Source: Trueperaceae bacterium (GTDB lineage Bacteria > Deinococcota > Deinococci > Deinococcales > Trueperaceae). Taken from it: a stretch of DNA of 64,000 nucleotides. Of this stretch, positions 62,785 through 64,000 are shown piece after piece. The notes under the pieces were generated by a model. It searched no databases. It worked only from the letters and a program-made list of their open reading frames with translations, and had not been told where the DNA came from. The number at the start of each line of letters is the position of its first letter. Position 1 is the first letter of the stretch. The DNA lies in assembly GCA_002707365.1 (NCBI GenBank), contig PAMQ01000015.1:1-64000 (forward strand), in the 5' to 3' direction. A program made the translations under genes and the position numbers.

Positions 62785-63981
62785 GTGCATTACACTGGCA
62801 ATCTCCGCACGCTAGATGATATAGATCCTTCAGGAAAACGGATATTATGTCGGGTTGACTTTAACGTCCCGCTTTCCAATGGATTAGTTTTGGATGAAAC
62901 CCGTATTCAGGCTGCACTACCGACTATTCGGGAACTACTTTCTCGAGGAGCTACCCTTATCCTACTTAGTCACTTAGGTAGGCCCACTAAAGTAACTGCT
63001 GATCTTCGACTGAAACCGATTGCCCTTCTCCTCAGCAAGTTTCTTGGGCAGGAAGTACGTTACGCCCCTACCGATGGACCTGGATCACCTGAACAGCAAA
63101 CTTTTGTGGCAAACGCGTCCCCAGGTAGCGTGACCCTCCTTGAAAATACTAGGTTTGATAACCGAGAAATACATAATGATCAAGCACTGTCCCGGATCCT
63201 AGCTAGTTATGCTTCGTTCTTTGTGAATGATGCATTTGGGACAGCTCATCGGGCACATGCTAGCACTGAAGGCGTTGCCCATCTATTACCCTCGACAGCT
63301 GGTCGACTTTTAGAACTAGAACTGACCAATCTAGGGGGCTTACTTGATTCTCCTCAAAGGCCATTCAAAATGATAATGGGCGGAGCGAAAGTATCTGACA
63401 AAATTGATGTTATGGCCAATCTACTCTCACACATCGACGAATTATTTATTGGCGGCGCTATGGCCTATACCCTAATCTTGGCCCAGGGGGGACAGATCGG
63501 CAAATCATTAGCCGAGAAAGACAAAATAGATATCGCAAACAAACTTTTACTCCAAGCCAAAAGGAAATCCGTAACGATTCACCTCCCTGAAGATTCTGTT
63601 TGTGCTCGTCACATTACTCCGGACGTTACGACAGAAACTTACTCTTCTAATGACATTCCAAGCAACATGATGGGCTTAGATGCTGGGCCAAAGGCAGTAG
63701 CTTCTTTTAAAAAGAATTTATTTGGGGCAGGGACTGTCCTCTGGAATGGTCCTTTAGGCGCCTTCGAAACCTCCCCATTTGATAATGGTACCCGGGCCGT
63801 AGCAAGAACCGTTGCAGAATTAGATGCATTCACTGTCGTTGGCGGTGGCGACAGTATCGCAGCAATTCGTGCTGCTGGCGTATCCCACAAAATTGATCAC
63901 ATCTCAACCGGCGGTGGGGCCTCTCTAGAATTTCTTGAAGGTAAGATCCTACCTGGCATAGCCACTCTCACCATCAGATAA
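62785..63981 (+). CDS. pgk: Phosphoglycerate kinase
   Basis: RVDFNVPL N-terminal signature and the GGGDS...TGGGASLE hinge motifs. Confidence 0.95.
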   Translation: MHYTGNLRTLDDIDPSGKRILCRVDFNVPLSNGLVLDETRIQAALPTIRELLSRGATLILLSHLGRPTKVTADLRLKPIALLLSKFLGQEVRYAPTDGPGSPEQQTFVANASPGSVTLLENTRFDNREIHNDQALSRILASYASFFVNDAFGTAHRAHASTEGVAHLLPSTAGRLLELELTNLGGLLDSPQRPFKMIMGGAKVSDKIDVMANLLSHIDELFIGGAMAYTLILAQGGQIGKSLAEKDKIDIANKLLLQAKRKSVTIHLPEDSVCARHITPDVTTETYSSNDIPSNMMGLDAGPKAVASFKKNLFGAGTVLWNGPLGAFETSPFDNGTRAVARTVAELDAFTVVGGGDSIAAIRAAGVSHKIDHISTGGGASLEFLEGKILPGIATLTIR

Positions 63982-64000
63982 ACCAGTAGCTAGTTAGAAG

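Overview
This window reads as a core chromosomal region of a bacterium with roughly 50% GC; GTG and TTG starts are common, and TGA is used as a stop (for example at the end of mraZ). No CRISPR array, transposase, integrase, or recognisable defence or toxin system is visible. Almost everything is housekeeping, so findings are scored modestly.

Gene content, in order along the window:
- 1-2.7 kb: a partial zinc alcohol dehydrogenase gene at the window edge, then priA.
- 2.8-7 kb: a small putative catabolic cluster: D-2-hydroxyacid dehydrogenase, two xylose-isomerase-like TIM-barrel proteins (one of the hydroxypyruvate isomerase family), and a PhyH-family Fe/2OG dioxygenase.
- 7-12 kb: a secreted Cys-rich pentapeptide-repeat protein, then a family-5 ABC substrate-binding protein with two permeases and no ATPase gene.
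- 12-19 kb: purM, an SPFH protein co-oriented with a sensor kinase and OmpR-type response regulator, a NYN-domain protein, and ligA.
- 19-21 kb: a stand-alone BMP lipoprotein, then RNase P RNA (rnpB, type A) with a clean intrinsic terminator.
- 21-35 kb: a complete division/cell-wall (dcw) cluster: mraZ-rsmH-ftsL-ftsI-murF-mraY-murD-ftsW-murG-murC-murB-ftsQ-ftsA-ftsZ. murE and ddl are absent from it. An MraZ-type GTGGG direct-repeat operator and an extended -10 lie upstream of mraZ.
- 35-42 kb: ribF, a SpoU/TrmH methyltransferase, yjbQ, rpsO-pnp, and RNase J.
- 42.6-43.6 kb: tRNA-Pro(GGG) and tRNA-Arg(CCT), followed by a 660-bp AT-rich stretch with no ORF.
- 43.6-51 kb: a MocA oxidoreductase divergent from an RraA-like protein, prfA, two Nudix genes (one here, one at 53 kb), moeA, a Cys-less DJ-1/PfpI protein, and an M20 peptidase.
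- 51-53 kb: an alkyltransferase-like (Atl) protein, then miaB interrupted by a single in-frame TGA at the conserved LLGQNVN glycine.
- 53.5-54.4 kb: a five-tRNA cluster (Pro-TGG, Gly-TCC, Arg-TCT, His-GTG, Leu-TAG) with a terminator.
- 54.4-64 kb: tig-clpP-clpX, convergent nifS/iscS and rrf2/iscR, rho (with a roughly 100-aa charged N-terminal extension), and gap-pgk.

The most checkable oddities are:
- the miaB premature stop;
- the nifS N-terminus, whose conserved residues are encoded upstream of any canonical start codon and overlap the rrf2 stop;
- the Atl protein (Cys replaced by Trp);
- the ATPase-less ABC transporter beside a secreted pentapeptide-repeat protein;
- the ORF-free AT-rich segment 3' of tRNA-Arg(CCT), which contains a Shine-Dalgarno-preceded 28-codon sORF;
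- a perfect 16-bp hairpin plus palindrome at the rnpB 5' flank.
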